Translations under genes and position numbers: made by a program
NCBI GenBank assembly: GCA_951406725.2
Contig: OX597815.1
Coordinates: forward strand, 198,648,001 to 198,712,000
Direction of reading: 5' to 3'
From: Octopus vulgaris
Lineage: Eukaryota
Length of the DNA stretch: 64,000 nucleotides
The notes under the pieces: generated by a model
What the model was told of the DNA's origin: nothing
The model's database searches: none
The model's input: only the letters and a program-made list of their open reading frames with translations
Part shown: positions 25,448 to 37,865 of the stretch, in pieces
Position numbering within the stretch: the first letter of the stretch is position 1
Layout of the letters: each line of letters opens with the position of its first letter

Positions 25448-27812
25448 TTGCGTTTATTTGTTGTATTGTTTTGTTCAACAGCCTGCGTATATTTCAGGAA
25501 GCACAGTTCGTCAAATGGCATAGAAGAGTCAATTTAACTAAATGTATTCTTTCTCTGCAAAATAGGATTTCTACATAATCAAAACAAACCAATTTTGTGA
25601 ACAATAAAATTTTTCATAGTTATTTTCATTTTAGTAGTTTTCCCAAAGTAAATGACGAGAAGTAATAACTAAGAGACACAGTTAAATTTTAAATCTTTGT
25701 TATATAACTCGTTGCAAATAAAATAAAATAAGCAATGTTGAAAACAATTTTTGATGTCATACTATTAAATTGCTCAATTTTGACATCAAAATAAGTTATT
25801 GAAGTAAGAAATTACAAATTGTTCTTCCTATATTATTGATTAAAATAAATTTTACGTCTTCCTAAGGAATACTTTGAGATATACATCAAATAACCGTGCT
25901 GTAGAGTATAGATTTGGTAATAGAAAGCTAAACAAAGAAGATTATGTATTCAATTTCAGTTATAATTTGTTGCACAAGAGTTACGAGATACACAGCATTG
26001 TCTGTATTTGTCTGATTACGTTATTAGCGATGCTGTTTAGATTTCAATTGTAATGAAAATTGTTGTAATATATCGCAATATGCTTTTGTAATTTAGTATC
26101 TTCAATATTTTCTCTTTGCATCACACAGTAATTCACATACAAAATGTTCAGTGTTCTCGTATTGCTGTATTTATATTAGTTTTTTCTTCTTTCATATCAA
26201 TATGTATATATTTATAGGGACAAATACACAATATCTTACGACTAAATTCAAACGTGTTTTATTTTACATTATCAACGTGTTTTTTTTGTAGCTTTCATCA
26301 TACTTTTGTACTCATAAAATAAATGTCAACATTTTGTGGATAACAGAGAAAGAGAATGGGTAGAAAATTATTGTTGCAATTCTTTAACATCAAGTCAACT
26401 CAGAAGCAGGAAAGATACTATCGGAACTGGCTTTATTTCGAGAAGACAAAATTAACGTGACCTTCGTCTTTTGAGATAGTAGCGTGTAATTTCAGTGAAA
26501 TTTCGCTTTGCGACTATCACAAGGGGCAAAGCGTTGAGACACTTTTAGATAAATGTAAATGGGTTATAAGATTATATGATATTCCCTCAGGCATTAGCAG
26601 CGTAAAGTAAAAGGTTTTGAAATGGTTCAACCTGGGACTCGCATATAATAAACATATGTGAATGTATATGTAAGTGACTGAGCACCATTTTGTGTGCGTG
26701 GGAATGAGTAAGCCTGTATGTCTGCATGAGAGAGTAAGAGAATGTGTGTCTTTTCATAGGAGTGATTATGTGCATGAGTAAATGCTTATGATAAGTGAAT
26801 GAGAGTGAAAAAACTTACATTATATAACTATTTCTCTATTAAAAAAAAACACAGCAACAAGGCGACTAAACGTAATCATAAGAGACTGTGAAAAAATAAT
26901 TCTGTGTGCATATTTTTTCTCGTGTCATTAATGATGAGTGTGAAATAAATTGCTTTCTAACTAGAATTTAAATCGGCACATGAATCCCTCCTGCAGTGAC
27001 GTTACTTAAGTTATTTTCCTCTTGTTCGCATTAATGGTGTTTTCCTTTTTATGAATTCTTTTAGTGGAGTTTTTTTTTTTTCTAGCGAACTGAAGACAGT
27101 CGGCCATTAAATCTATGATGCAATATCACATTAGAACATGCGTGTAAGCATGTACGTACATGTTCATGTATGTATGTGTGTGTGTCTGTCTGTATTTGTA
27201 CGCATATGCATTTATAGAGTGTGAGTGGGAGAGAAAGAGGAAAGAGAGAGGAGAGAAAGAAGGAAGAGAAAGAGAGATGGAGAGTGAATGAAGTACAGAA
27301 ATACCTAGTGAAAGAAAACTATCCTAATTTGTAAGGATCGAGAAAAAAAAGTTCATTTAAAATGTATATGTACAAATTTTTAAGCATACATTTTAACAGA
27401 GATTACGTCTGTCTCTCAGTTACAGATGCATACACTGATGCATAGACAAATACATACACAAGCAACTTCTTAAGTCTTCGTATTGTTTAACAAATGCTTT
27501 TCTGGTTACTTATGTTGTTTAACTCCATGTAAAGGCTAAACGTACAAACCTATGGTCAAAATGCTTAAACCGTGACCATATCATTTGTTTTTTTTAATAA
27601 AATCTAAAGTAAAGTGCATGCTTTTTGCTTTTTAGATAGTTCTGTTTGATTTGATTGTGACTCGACTGCTGTTTCGGGCATGTCAAACAATGTCAATGCT
27701 CTCCTCGATTTTTGGATGTTTGTGTTAGTATTGATATTTTGGCACATTCCAGGCCTGATCATGCAAGACATTGGCCAAAGATCTTATTTCAGATAAAGTG
27801 CATGCATGACTA

Positions 27813-27882
<70 letters not shown>

Positions 27883-28403
27883 GAGTGAGAGAGCTCTGCA
27901 TGCCATCAAAGTGGCACTGGGGTAAAATATACGAAAGTTACCCATCATGACTACCCATCTGATAAGGGTACACTAGGCACCCTCACAACCATATGTGCGC
28001 GACATGGCGATCTCATATCAAGATGAAGAGGCACATAACCTTGCAGGTGGGACCCAGTTAGAATAACCCATCTCGCTGAAATGTCCCTGAATAAGGGGGA
28101 TGTTGGACGAAACACCCATGTTTCCAGAGGTGAATTATCCAAACCCCAAAGAATTCCTCTCAATACACGGCTATGATGCCCCCCTCTACTTCTGCTCGTG
28201 ATCAGAGATGCACATACCGTCAACCACAAAGGGACATGCTCAACTGGTTAAGGTCAAACAACTGACAAGCAAATCTGTGGTATTGAGCAGAATATTTGCT
28301 GTAGCCTATCTTTTATACCAAGACAAAGCAATGCAATGATTACATTTCCAATCAGTTAAGATAAGAAGCCACAAGAGCCACTGCCTGGTACTGCACCAGG
28401 ACG

Positions 28404-28405
<2 letters not shown>
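27883..28405. mobile_element. Unclassified ~520-bp interspersed element embedded in (ATT)n, copy 1
   Basis: Clearly homologous along its length to 33426-33982; both copies have (ATT)n on both sides and the same ends. Confidence 0.85.
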
Positions 28406-28436
<31 letters not shown>

Positions 28437-28439
<3 letters not shown>

Positions 28440-28528
28440 TAGTTTTATTTTTATAGCGTGCTTTCACTTCACTACCGAGCGCAGCTCTGTGTGCCTTGGG
28501 TATGTGTTGTGATTTGTTGTGATGCTCT
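28437..28528 (-). mobile_element. Very short 3' end of an R4/Dong-type LINE in (TAA)n
   Basis: Homologous to 49068-49160 (CTTTCACT.CACTACCGAGCGCAGCTCTG), the 3' UTR of the RLE-coding fragment; flanked by (ATT)n on both sides. Confidence 0.75.
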
Positions 28529-28536
28529 GATTATTA

Positions 28537-28598
<62 letters not shown>

Positions 28599-28672
28599 GC
28601 ATTAAACAAAAGAGCAATAGGGTGTGGTTTTAAAGTGATTTTTATACTTTTACTCGGAAGTTCATTACTCAC

Positions 28673-28713
28673 CCTGGCCTCTGGTGCATCGTTTGGTTTG
28701 GATACATGGCAAT
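28673..28713 (-). CDS. Candidate 41-nt internal exon
   Basis: gctgttacag|ATTGCC...GCCAGG|gtgagt; strong donor, modest acceptor; phases 1 and 0 fit the neighbouring candidate exons. Confidence 0.3.
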
Positions 28714-29487
28714 CTGTAACAGCTTACTGATTTTATTTTGAGTTGTGGATCAGTTGGAATAACTTTGGCGATAAGCTAATACGATCTACTTAAGTAATCT
28801 TTTTATTAAAAGAATGAGTTGGCCTTAGAAAATTAATAATCGCAAATACACCCAGTTTTATCTCAACCGATTGTCCATCATAGGCAAACCGTCTTTAGTG
28901 TTCATCAAAGGCAATCCAAATTGATTTCCTCCACACATTTTGCTTTGATCTGCTGCTGTGATACATTACTGAGTATCAATATTTTATTTTCTTAAGTTCT
29001 GTTTAACCTTTTATCTCTAGTGATATCTAGCATTACTTCTTGATATCGTAATAGCTAGCTATGCGTTGAGTGTTTTTCTCGATAACAATTTTGGAGAAAT
29101 AACGTTCTTTCTAACCCCGTCTTTCCAGAATAATATATTTCTTCAATATTTAATGTCTTTAGTTTTACATTAGAGTGTATTACAAATAATCTTATTATCA
29201 AGAGTTTAAGGTTTTAACGAATCAATTCTTCATGTGATGAAAGATTTCGCTATGCTGCGAAGATTTAATTTATTTTCGGAATCGGTTGTATATTTGATAT
29301 TACAGAGGAGGAGGACGCTAAGCAGTGTTAAGTAAAATTGCAATGTTATTATCAGTCCAAATATGCTTGATGTACGTTCGAACTGGGGAAGAAGCTACTC
29401 GCTGCGTTTTGTCCCAGGGATAACATCTCGCTTGTTGACAAGTGTATTTTTTTTCGTTTGTTCCTTCTTGAGACATGCATGGCACAT

Positions 29488-29752
29488 AAGGATCGGTTTC
29501 CCGGTTTCCTTGGCCTATAAGTTCCCCACCTGGACAAGAGACGCCGGTCTGTCGCAGGTGAGCTGCAAGATGCAGGAGGAAAGAGTGAGAGAAATTTTTG
29601 GCGAAAGAGTCAGCAGAAGTTCGCCATTACCTTCTGCCGGAGCCGCGTGGAGCTTAGGTGTTTCGCTCATAAACACACATCACCCGGTCTGAGATTCGAA
29701 CCTGCGGTCCCTCGACCGTGAGTCCGCTGCTCTAACCACTTGGCTATGTGCC
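29488..29752 (-). mobile_element. SINE family D
   Basis: Reverse-complement homology to 9300-9480. Confidence 0.8.
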
Positions 29753-29757
29753 TTTAC

Positions 29758-30165
29758 TTGTTGACAAATGGTGTGTATACTCCTAGATCAGCTCACAGCT
29801 CCATCTACCTAAACTGTGTGATGCTAGCATTTCAGAGGAGTTATCTGCTAGTCGGTCACAGACGCTATAAAGACGACACTATGGGTTTATTAAGAGATTA
29901 TCTTATGCTTTCCAGTCACTGTACGATTACTAGCAGCGCTATACGGCGGCCCGCCGTAAGTTGCAGACTCTAAGCGCCGTATAGCGCTGACAGTCATCCT
30001 ACGATCACTAGAAAAGTATAAGAGAGGTAATCTCTTGATTTGCCTTGTAGTGCCGCCTGCTTAGTATCTGACCGATGAGGAGGCAACGACTCTGAAATGT
30101 TAACATCCCACAGTCTAGGTAGGTGATTTAGCTGATTTAGGTGTATACACACCATTTGTCCACAA
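29758..30165. repeat. ~400-bp imperfect palindrome (foldback/MITE-like)
   Basis: GACAAATGGTGTGTATAC.. at the left end pairs with ..GTATACACACCATTTGTC at the right; the inner CAGCGCTATACGGCG pairs with CGCCGTATAGCGCTG. Confidence 0.9.
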
Positions 30166-31957
30166 ACGAGAAATACTGCTTCCTAACACTTTCGTATAAC
30201 ACAAAATGTTTGCTTCAATGAAAGTCCCACGAATTTTTGTTCGTTCCTCTAGAAATAACAACCAAAACTCCGTCAAATTCAGGATCATCATCTTAAACAA
30301 TGTAAGATACATTGTTTAATAAAGGACGAGATATTCTTACCAATACCAGATAGTTAAGACGAGAAAGCATCCAATCATATGGCTGCTTAATTAGAGAAAT
30401 TTTAAGCTTCAAATCGACTAAAATCTACTCCATTTACGATTCTGTAGTCATTTCTTTGGATTTTCATGTACAACCAATAAACATTCAATTACTTTACATT
30501 TGATGAGAAAGGATTATTCATACAAGTCGCATTATACATGTGACTTTTACATTTAGTCATCAAATAATTTGTTTGAATTGAAAGGTGTTTGATTTAGATA
30601 TCATAAAACTAGCAGTTAAATATTTAATGTTCTCTTGGCATTTACTTTTGTGAAAGCATTGTTAATGAAACTAGCATGATAGTCAAGTTAGCGCAAACAG
30701 AATTGACAGAGTGACAGTCAAACGTCTAATGAGAAGCAATTATGCAAGGAGTTGAAAATTAGGGCAATGATTAATATTGTTTTAATAATTTTCCCACTTA
30801 CAGAAAGTAACTACTTACATGTTTAAGGCAGATTTAGCCTCCCCAGTGAAGAATAGATTTCATGGTACTTCAGGATAATATATTTAATAGTCATAAAGCT
30901 CATAAGTTATACATAAAACGGTAAAGAGAAAATACCTCTCCCCATAAGAAAGGAATTCATCTAAATGTAATTCTTATTTTTCATTTAAAATTACAAAAGT
31001 TCTTTCCCTATCAATGTCTAGATTTCTATTTGTCTTCCAGTATAAAAGTGAAACATTATTTCTTAGATATTTAATATATCATAAATCAGTCCTTTGGCAT
31101 CTTAAAATACATGTTAAATATTCCAAATCCGTTATGGCTAATGCAGTTGATATGAAGTACTATTGCGGAACAGAAAGAATATCAACAACTTCGATTACTA
31201 ATTTTGTTATATTATAATTCTCATGTTGTCACCAGGACAAAGAGCTACAAGCACGTAACTAAAATGCCATTTGTTTGTTGATTTTATTTCTGGAATTACA
31301 TAATGAAAAGTTTTGAGAAGAGTAGAAAAACATAATAACAGCTTATTCTCTGCCGCTTAATTAATATCGATATTTTTGAAACGCGCAACAATCTTGATAG
31401 AGAATTCAGAAAAGAAAGCAAATAAAAATACGTATGAAACTTTCATTACGAGAAGGTCTTCAGGTTTCCATATGGGAATTGGCTAAAAAATTGTTCTACG
31501 AAAACTAATCTTTAATATGAAAATATTTTCCATTAAATTTTCTGTTCTCTAAAGCTTTTGAACAGTTTGACGTAGTACAAAAAGCAAAATACAAGTTCAC
31601 ATAATATCTTCATTATTTTTATTGTTGTTGTTAAACTTATTTTTCTAAGTTTCTTATTAATATCCTTATTATTTTATGTGTTATATTTAATTTCTAAAAT
31701 CATCGAAAGGAAATTGCTAAAAGAACCAGAAAAGATTAATTAAAACGGCATATGTTAAATGGATAAAACTTTATGCCAAACATGGTAGAACTGAAGTATT
31801 GTTTTTCCTCTTTTCTTCTAAAAGGATTGGCGATAAAATTGAAGTGGTCGATTTAAACAGAGGTGCATCTCTTGGGATGCATCTTAATAGAAAACAAGAT
31901 CTATTTTGTGAGTGAAACAGCTTGTAGTAGTCACAGTAATGGTACAGATAAGATTAC

Positions 31958-32091
31958 GTCCAGTGTAATAGGTTGTTAGGTCGTTAAATCGTATGAAGTT
32001 ACAATAACTCTGTGATTCCTTTGACTTTCCTACTTCAGCACCTTCTGAACAGAAGTGCCTTATCATTTGCCAATTAAGTCGATGGCCGCAA
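31958..32091 (-). CDS. Candidate 134-nt internal exon
   Basis: Acceptor gttcattcttttcag, donor GAC|gtaatc; open frame CGHRLNWQMIRHFCSEGAEVGKSKESQSYCNFIRFNDLTTYYTG. Confidence 0.38.
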
Positions 32092-32206
32092 CTGAAAAGA
32101 ATGAACATGGACACACATGAAACTACTGTACACTTTCTACAAAAGTAATATGATTCTTTTCTTCGAACATATGTTAATCTTTTTCTACATTTGTAACTAT
32201 GCTTAC

Positions 32207-32292
32207 CTCCAAGAATATTCGCTGCACAAAGTCACTTCTTTATAATCCATACACAAATAGTCTATGATAATCAACGCAGATAGACCAGTTCC
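32207..32292 (-). CDS. Candidate 86-nt exon
   Basis: Strong donor GAG|gtaagc and a 115-nt intron joining in frame to 31958-32091 (GTGLSALIIIDYLCMDYKEVTLCSEYSW|S). The acceptor lacks a pyrimidine tract because a SINE tail sits 8 bp upstream. Confidence 0.33.
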
Positions 32293-32300
32293 CTAGACAA

Positions 32301-32705
32301 TTCTCTTTTACTTGTTTCAGTCATTTGACTGTGACCATGCTGGAGCACCGCCTTTAGTCGAACAAATCGGCCCCGGGACTTATTCATCATTGTAAGCCTA
32401 GTACTTATTATATCTGAGTCTTCTGCCGAACTGCTAAGTTACGGGAACATAACACACCAGCATTGTCAAACGATGTTGGGGGACAAACACAGACAAGCAA
32501 CTATATACGCACACACATATATATATACATATACCTATATACGACGGGCTTCTTTTAGTTTCCGTCTACCAAATCCACTCACAAGGCTTTGGTCGGCACG
32601 AGGTTATAGTAGAAGATACTTTCCCAATGTGCTACGCAGTGGGACTGAACCCGGAACCATGTGGTTGGTAAGCAAGCTACTTACTACAGAGCCACTCCTG
32701 CGCCC
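32301..32705 (-). mobile_element. SINE family A
   Basis: Full-length match to the other family A copies. Confidence 0.9.
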
Positions 32706-33174
32706 ATTTTTAAAACGCGGTAGTTGAAATAATCGAGCAGGATCTTTAACCGAGAACAAAACTGTAGATGTTACGTCTGAATGAACGATGTCTGAAAAAA
32801 TTGAGACGCAGGGGTGTTGTGATTGGATAATACTTATTGTTGTTCTTCTTAACAATGAAGCGAAACTGGCAGAATCATTAGCGCAACTATCAAAGTGCTT
32901 AAGGCATTTCTCCCGCTTTACGTTCGGAGTTCATATTTCGCTGCTATCTGCTATCGAGCTCAATAAAATTCATAGCCAAGAATAGGGCTCGACGTAATCA
33001 ACTTGCTCCCTTCTTTATAAAACTGCATCGTTGTGTCATTAATTTTTGTGGTTATTATTGTTGTTGTTGCTGCTGTTGTAGTAGTAGTAGTTGTTGTTGC
33101 TGTTATAAAGTCTGAGATCTAACACAATCGTTAACACATGGTTCAAAGAGATTAGCGGCATGTGTTCAGGCACT

Positions 33175-33356
33175 TTACTTTTAAAAGTCAGTGGCAAGAG
33201 AGGAAGAGGCCGTCCAAGAACCCGCTGGCTTGACACCATCAAGAGTGATACCGGAATGGACATAGCCAATCTGAAAGAAGCGGCCCAGGATAGAACTGAC
33301 TGGAGGACACTGATCCAACGAGTAACCGAGAGTCGACTTCGACTGAGCGGATAGAG

Positions 33357-33357
<1 letters not shown>
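33175..33357 (+). mobile_element. RTE (BovB-like) LINE 3' terminus
   Basis: KVSGKRGRGRPRTRWLDTIK..LKEAAQDRTDWR..RVTESRLRL matches the RTE C-terminal signature; runs directly into (ATT)n. Confidence 0.85.
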
Positions 33358-33425
<68 letters not shown>

Positions 33426-33979
33426 GAGTGGGAGAGCAGTTCATGCCATCAAAGTGACACTGGGGTAAAATATACAAAGCCCAATATACCCATCATGACT
33501 ACCCGTCTGATAAAGGTACACCAGGCACATGCATCACAACCATATGTGCGTGACATGGTGATCTCATATCAAGATAAACAGCGCATGAACTTGCAGGTGG
33601 GGCCCAGTTAGAATTTTCTTCAGGTTGAGTAGCCCATCACGCTCAAACGGTCCTTGAATAAGGGTTGTTTAAGGATGTTGAAAGAACCACCCATGTTTCC
33701 AGAGGTGAACTATTCAAACCCCAGAGAATCCCTCTCAACACATGGCTATGATGCTCCCCCACTACTTCTGCTCAGGATCAGAGATGCACATATCGTCAGC
33801 CACTAAGGGACATGTTCAACTGGTTAAGGTCAAACAACTGACAAGCAAATCTGTGGTATTGAGCAGAATATTTGCTGTAGCCCATCTTTTATACCAAGAC
33901 AAAACAATGTACATGATAACACTTCCAATCAGTTAAGATCAGAAGCCATGAGAGCCACTGCCTGGTACTACATCAGGGC

Positions 33980-33982
<3 letters not shown>
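33426..33982. mobile_element. Unclassified ~560-bp interspersed element embedded in (ATT)n, copy 2
   Basis: Homologous to 27883-28405, with the same termini. Confidence 0.85.
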
Positions 33983-34016
<34 letters not shown>

Positions 34017-34927
34017 GTTGTTGTTGTTGTTGTTGTTGTTATTACTTATTGCCTTCGTACAGCTTCTAACGATGGAGATGTACTACAGTGTCAGCTGTTC
34101 ACTACCAGTGAACGAAATTAAGTACCAGTTGCGTACTGGCGTCGAATAGTCAACTTCCCCTCCCCCAAAACTTCAGGCCTTCTGCTTATAGTAGAAAGGA
34201 TTATTATTATCATCGTCGTCGTCATCATCATAATGTACATGATAATAATAACAATATATTAATGCTACAGAAACTATAAAACATAAATGCCCGTTGAATA
34301 TGATAAATAACGCCAAAATGTTGAACAAATACATGTTATATAAATGAAAGTTAAGATCTTGTGATATCCATCCTCCGTCCGGTCATGACAACCGCAAAGA
34401 TTAAACCGAAATACTACCAAACCCTAGGTAGCAGATCTTTGTCAGGGAATGATTTAGTCAGCAATGGTATTACTTTCCTACATCCGATATGAATGTATTT
34501 GCTCCATAAAATATAAACATCAGTTGGATGGAAAATGATTATAAACATGATTGCAAATATATCATGCAAGAAGTTGTTATATCTTAGATACATTCAAAGG
34601 TAAGATTAAAGCATAAGAATTAAAAAGGAAATTATTCCTTCTGCTTACAACATACCATGCTAGAGAATTTAGCTTTGAGAGAAGTCAAATTGGTTTTATT
34701 GACTTTTAGTAAAATGTCACAAACTAATGGAACTGCGTGGTGCAATTTTGCAACAAACAGTTTAGTAATTTCCAATTCACACCAGGAGGAACGACATCAC
34801 AATTTCAGCGAAAGTTCCAAAAGATATTGTCTGCATTATATGTGCAAATGTGGATTTTTGCATCATTGTGTATTAGTACATACGAGCCTGTGTGCGTGTA
34901 TGTGCGTGTCTGTAGACAAATATATGG

Positions 34928-34968
<41 letters not shown>

Positions 34969-35036
34969 TGCATTAATAACATATATGAAAATGTATGCAT
35001 AAGTATAAGTATACGAGTGTACGTATATGTAAAGAG

Positions 35037-35081
<45 letters not shown>

Positions 35082-36219
35082 GAGAGAGAGAAAGAGGAAA
35101 AGAAGTGGTAGAGGGAGAGAGAGGCAGGACGTATATCAGATAGAGCAAGAAAAGAAAAGAAATAAGAAATGCAGAAAGGAAGAACTAAAGAAAGAACGAT
35201 AGAAAAGTGAGATATATTTGTGCGTAAGTAATTCTTGAAAATTCTTGGAGTTGTTTCAGCGTAATTTGAAGCTGTTATCCTACGACATTTATGACTCCAG
35301 CCTTCCTATATATGTTATGTGTTCTATTCCAATGAAAATAAACGAAGCAAAATATAATTGTTTTTTATTGCTGTTATCCTAGTTGTTGATGCTTCTCTCT
35401 AGGTGCCCTGATCAAAATCGTTACTGTTTTGACTTTCCTGTCGACTTTTGCATCTATACTTTTTGTTTCTTTCACAATGAAGATTTAAGAGATTTGGCTG
35501 CTATTATTCCTAGCCCTAGCCTGTGAAACTTCCAGATAAAGTCTACCTCATTTGTATGAGAATAAGATCATAAGCTATTTGAAGAATTTCGTTTTATGTG
35601 TGTTCCCTTTGTGTTTGTATAAGAAACCACACCCAACCTCTGTTGTGTCAGACAATGTAAGAAATAAACATTTGTAGATTCTGATACAATATGATAAATA
35701 GGTAGTGAGTGCAAGAACACAATTGACCTTCCGACATCGCTTTCGTTTTAAAAGAAACACTTCAAGAAGCTGATGCCTGGTTATGCTCCCATGCGGAGTC
35801 GGGGTGTGTGATGTTTAGGAGCTCTCCTTTTGTCTTGGAAAAAAAAAAGCCACAACTTTTACATCAAATGGATATTTATATCATTCTTAGTAGACTGGTC
35901 AACCACAAAACGATAAATTCCTCTACTCGACATGCATAAAATTATCCAAAATCATACACTTCAAAGCTTAATATTTGCCAGAGCTAGCAACCACCATTTC
36001 ACACTTGTTTTTATTTAAGCATAAATAGATAAGTATGCTAACCATAAAATTGTCTAAACCAACAGCTATAAGATAGGTACGTTTTCCATTGAGAAAACGC
36101 TTTCACTTTAGATAAATTTAGACAAAAATAACGTAGTATGGAACAATATTTATTGTGATTTCCTAAATATTTAATATTATTTTTTAGAATATACAGGAAG
36201 GCGGTAGCATAAGATTTTA

Positions 36220-36448
36220 GCGGCGTGATTGCAGAAACGTTAGCGCGCCGGGCGAAATGCTTTCCAGTATTTCGTCTGCAGTTACGTTCTGAGTTCAAAT
36301 TCCGCCGAGGTCGACTTTGCCTTTCATCCTTTCGGGGTCGATGAAATAAATACCAGTCACACACTGGGGTCGATGTAATTGACTTAATCCTGTGTCTGTC
36401 CTTGTTTGTCCCCTCCGTGTTTAGCCCCTTGTGGGTAGTAAAGAAATA
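36220..36448 (+). mobile_element. SINE family B with a 17-bp target-site duplication
   Basis: GGTAGCATAAGATTTTA at 36203-36219 and 36449-36465. Confidence 0.9.
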
Positions 36449-36772
36449 GGTAGCATAAGATTTTAACTTTAATTTTCTTATGTATGTCTAGCACTCTGGC
36501 TCTCGGTTGCTTACGACGATGAGGATACAAGATGATCCAATCAAAATAACAGCCTGCTCGTGAAATTAACATGTAAGTGGATGAGTACGCCACAGACACG
36601 TATACCCTTAAAGTAATTCTCAGGGAGACTCAGCGCGACGCAGGATGTGACAGAGCGGGCCTTTTGAATTAAAGAATCCACTCATTTTTGCACTGGAAAA
36701 ATGAGAATAAAGTGTCTTGCTCAAGAACACATTGCGCTGCCGGGAATCGTTCTCCAGTTGTGCATTGTGTCT

Positions 36773-37865
36773 CTCTTACTCTTTTTTACTCTTTTACTAG
36801 TTTCAGTCATTTGACTGCGACCATGCTGGATCACCGCCTTTAGTCGATCAAATCGACCCCAGGACTTATTCTTTGTAAGCCTAGTACTTATTCTATCGGT
36901 CACTTTTACCGAAACGCTAAGTTACAGGGACGTAAACACACCAGCATCGGTTGTCAAGCGATGTTGGTCGGACAAACACAGACACACAAACATACACACA
37001 CATATACATACACATATATATATACATACATATATACGACGAGCTTCTTTCAGTTTCCGTCTACCAAATCCACTCACAAGGCTTTGGTCGGCCCGAGGCT
37101 ATAGTTGAAGACACTTGCCCAAGATACCACGTAGTGGGACTGAACCCGGAACCATGTGGTTGGTAAACAAGCTGCATATATATATATATATAGGCACAGG
37201 AGTGGTTGGGTGGTAAGAAGCTTGCTTCCTAACCACATCATTTCGGGTTCAGCCACCTTGGGCTAGTGTCTTCTACTAAAGCCTCGGGCCGACCAAAGCC
37301 TTCTGAGTGTATTTCTTAGACGGAAACTGAAGAAGCCCATCGCATATATGTATATATTTGTGTGTGTGTGTGTGTGTGTGTCTGTGTCTGTGTTTGTCTC
37401 CTCACCATCAAGTGACAACCGATGCTAGTGTGCTTACGACTCCGTAGCTTAGCTGTTCGGCCTAAGAGGCCGGCAGAATATATACTTAGCCGGGCAAAAT
37501 GCTTAGCGGTATTTCGTCTGTCTTTACTTTCTGATTTCAAATTCTGCCAAGATCAACTTTACCTTTTATCCTTTCGGGGCCGATTAAATAAGTACCAGTT
37601 GCGCACTGGCGTCGATATAATCGACTTAATCCGTTTGTCTGTCCTTGTTTGTCCTCTCTGTGTTTAGCCCCTTGTGGATAGTAAAGAAATGTGTATTTCG
37701 TCTGTCTTTACTTTCTGAGTTCCAATTCCTCAGAGGTCGACTTTACCTTTCATCTTTTCGGGGTCGATAAATTAAGTACCTGTTGCGTACTGGAGTCGAT
37801 CTAATCTACTGACCCCACCCCCTTCCTCCGCAAAAATTTCGGGCCTTGTGCCTAGAGTAGAAAAT
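36773..37865. mobile_element. SINE cluster: family A (-) 36773-37172, family A (+) 37192-37460, family B dimer (+) 37470-37865
   Basis: Direct homology to the other copies; the two family A copies are head-to-head about 20 bp apart. Confidence 0.85.

Noticed and set aside
32240-32295. GNWSICVDYHRL in an alternative frame resembling the Gypsy RT motif
   Set aside because: The frame closes after a few codons and no other Gypsy RT motifs or LTRs are nearby; noted as an alternative reading of the candidate exon.
35575-35835. Possible further minus-strand exon after a T-rich acceptor
   Set aside because: All three frames from the acceptor hit stops and the donor is weak; could be UTR but is unsupported.
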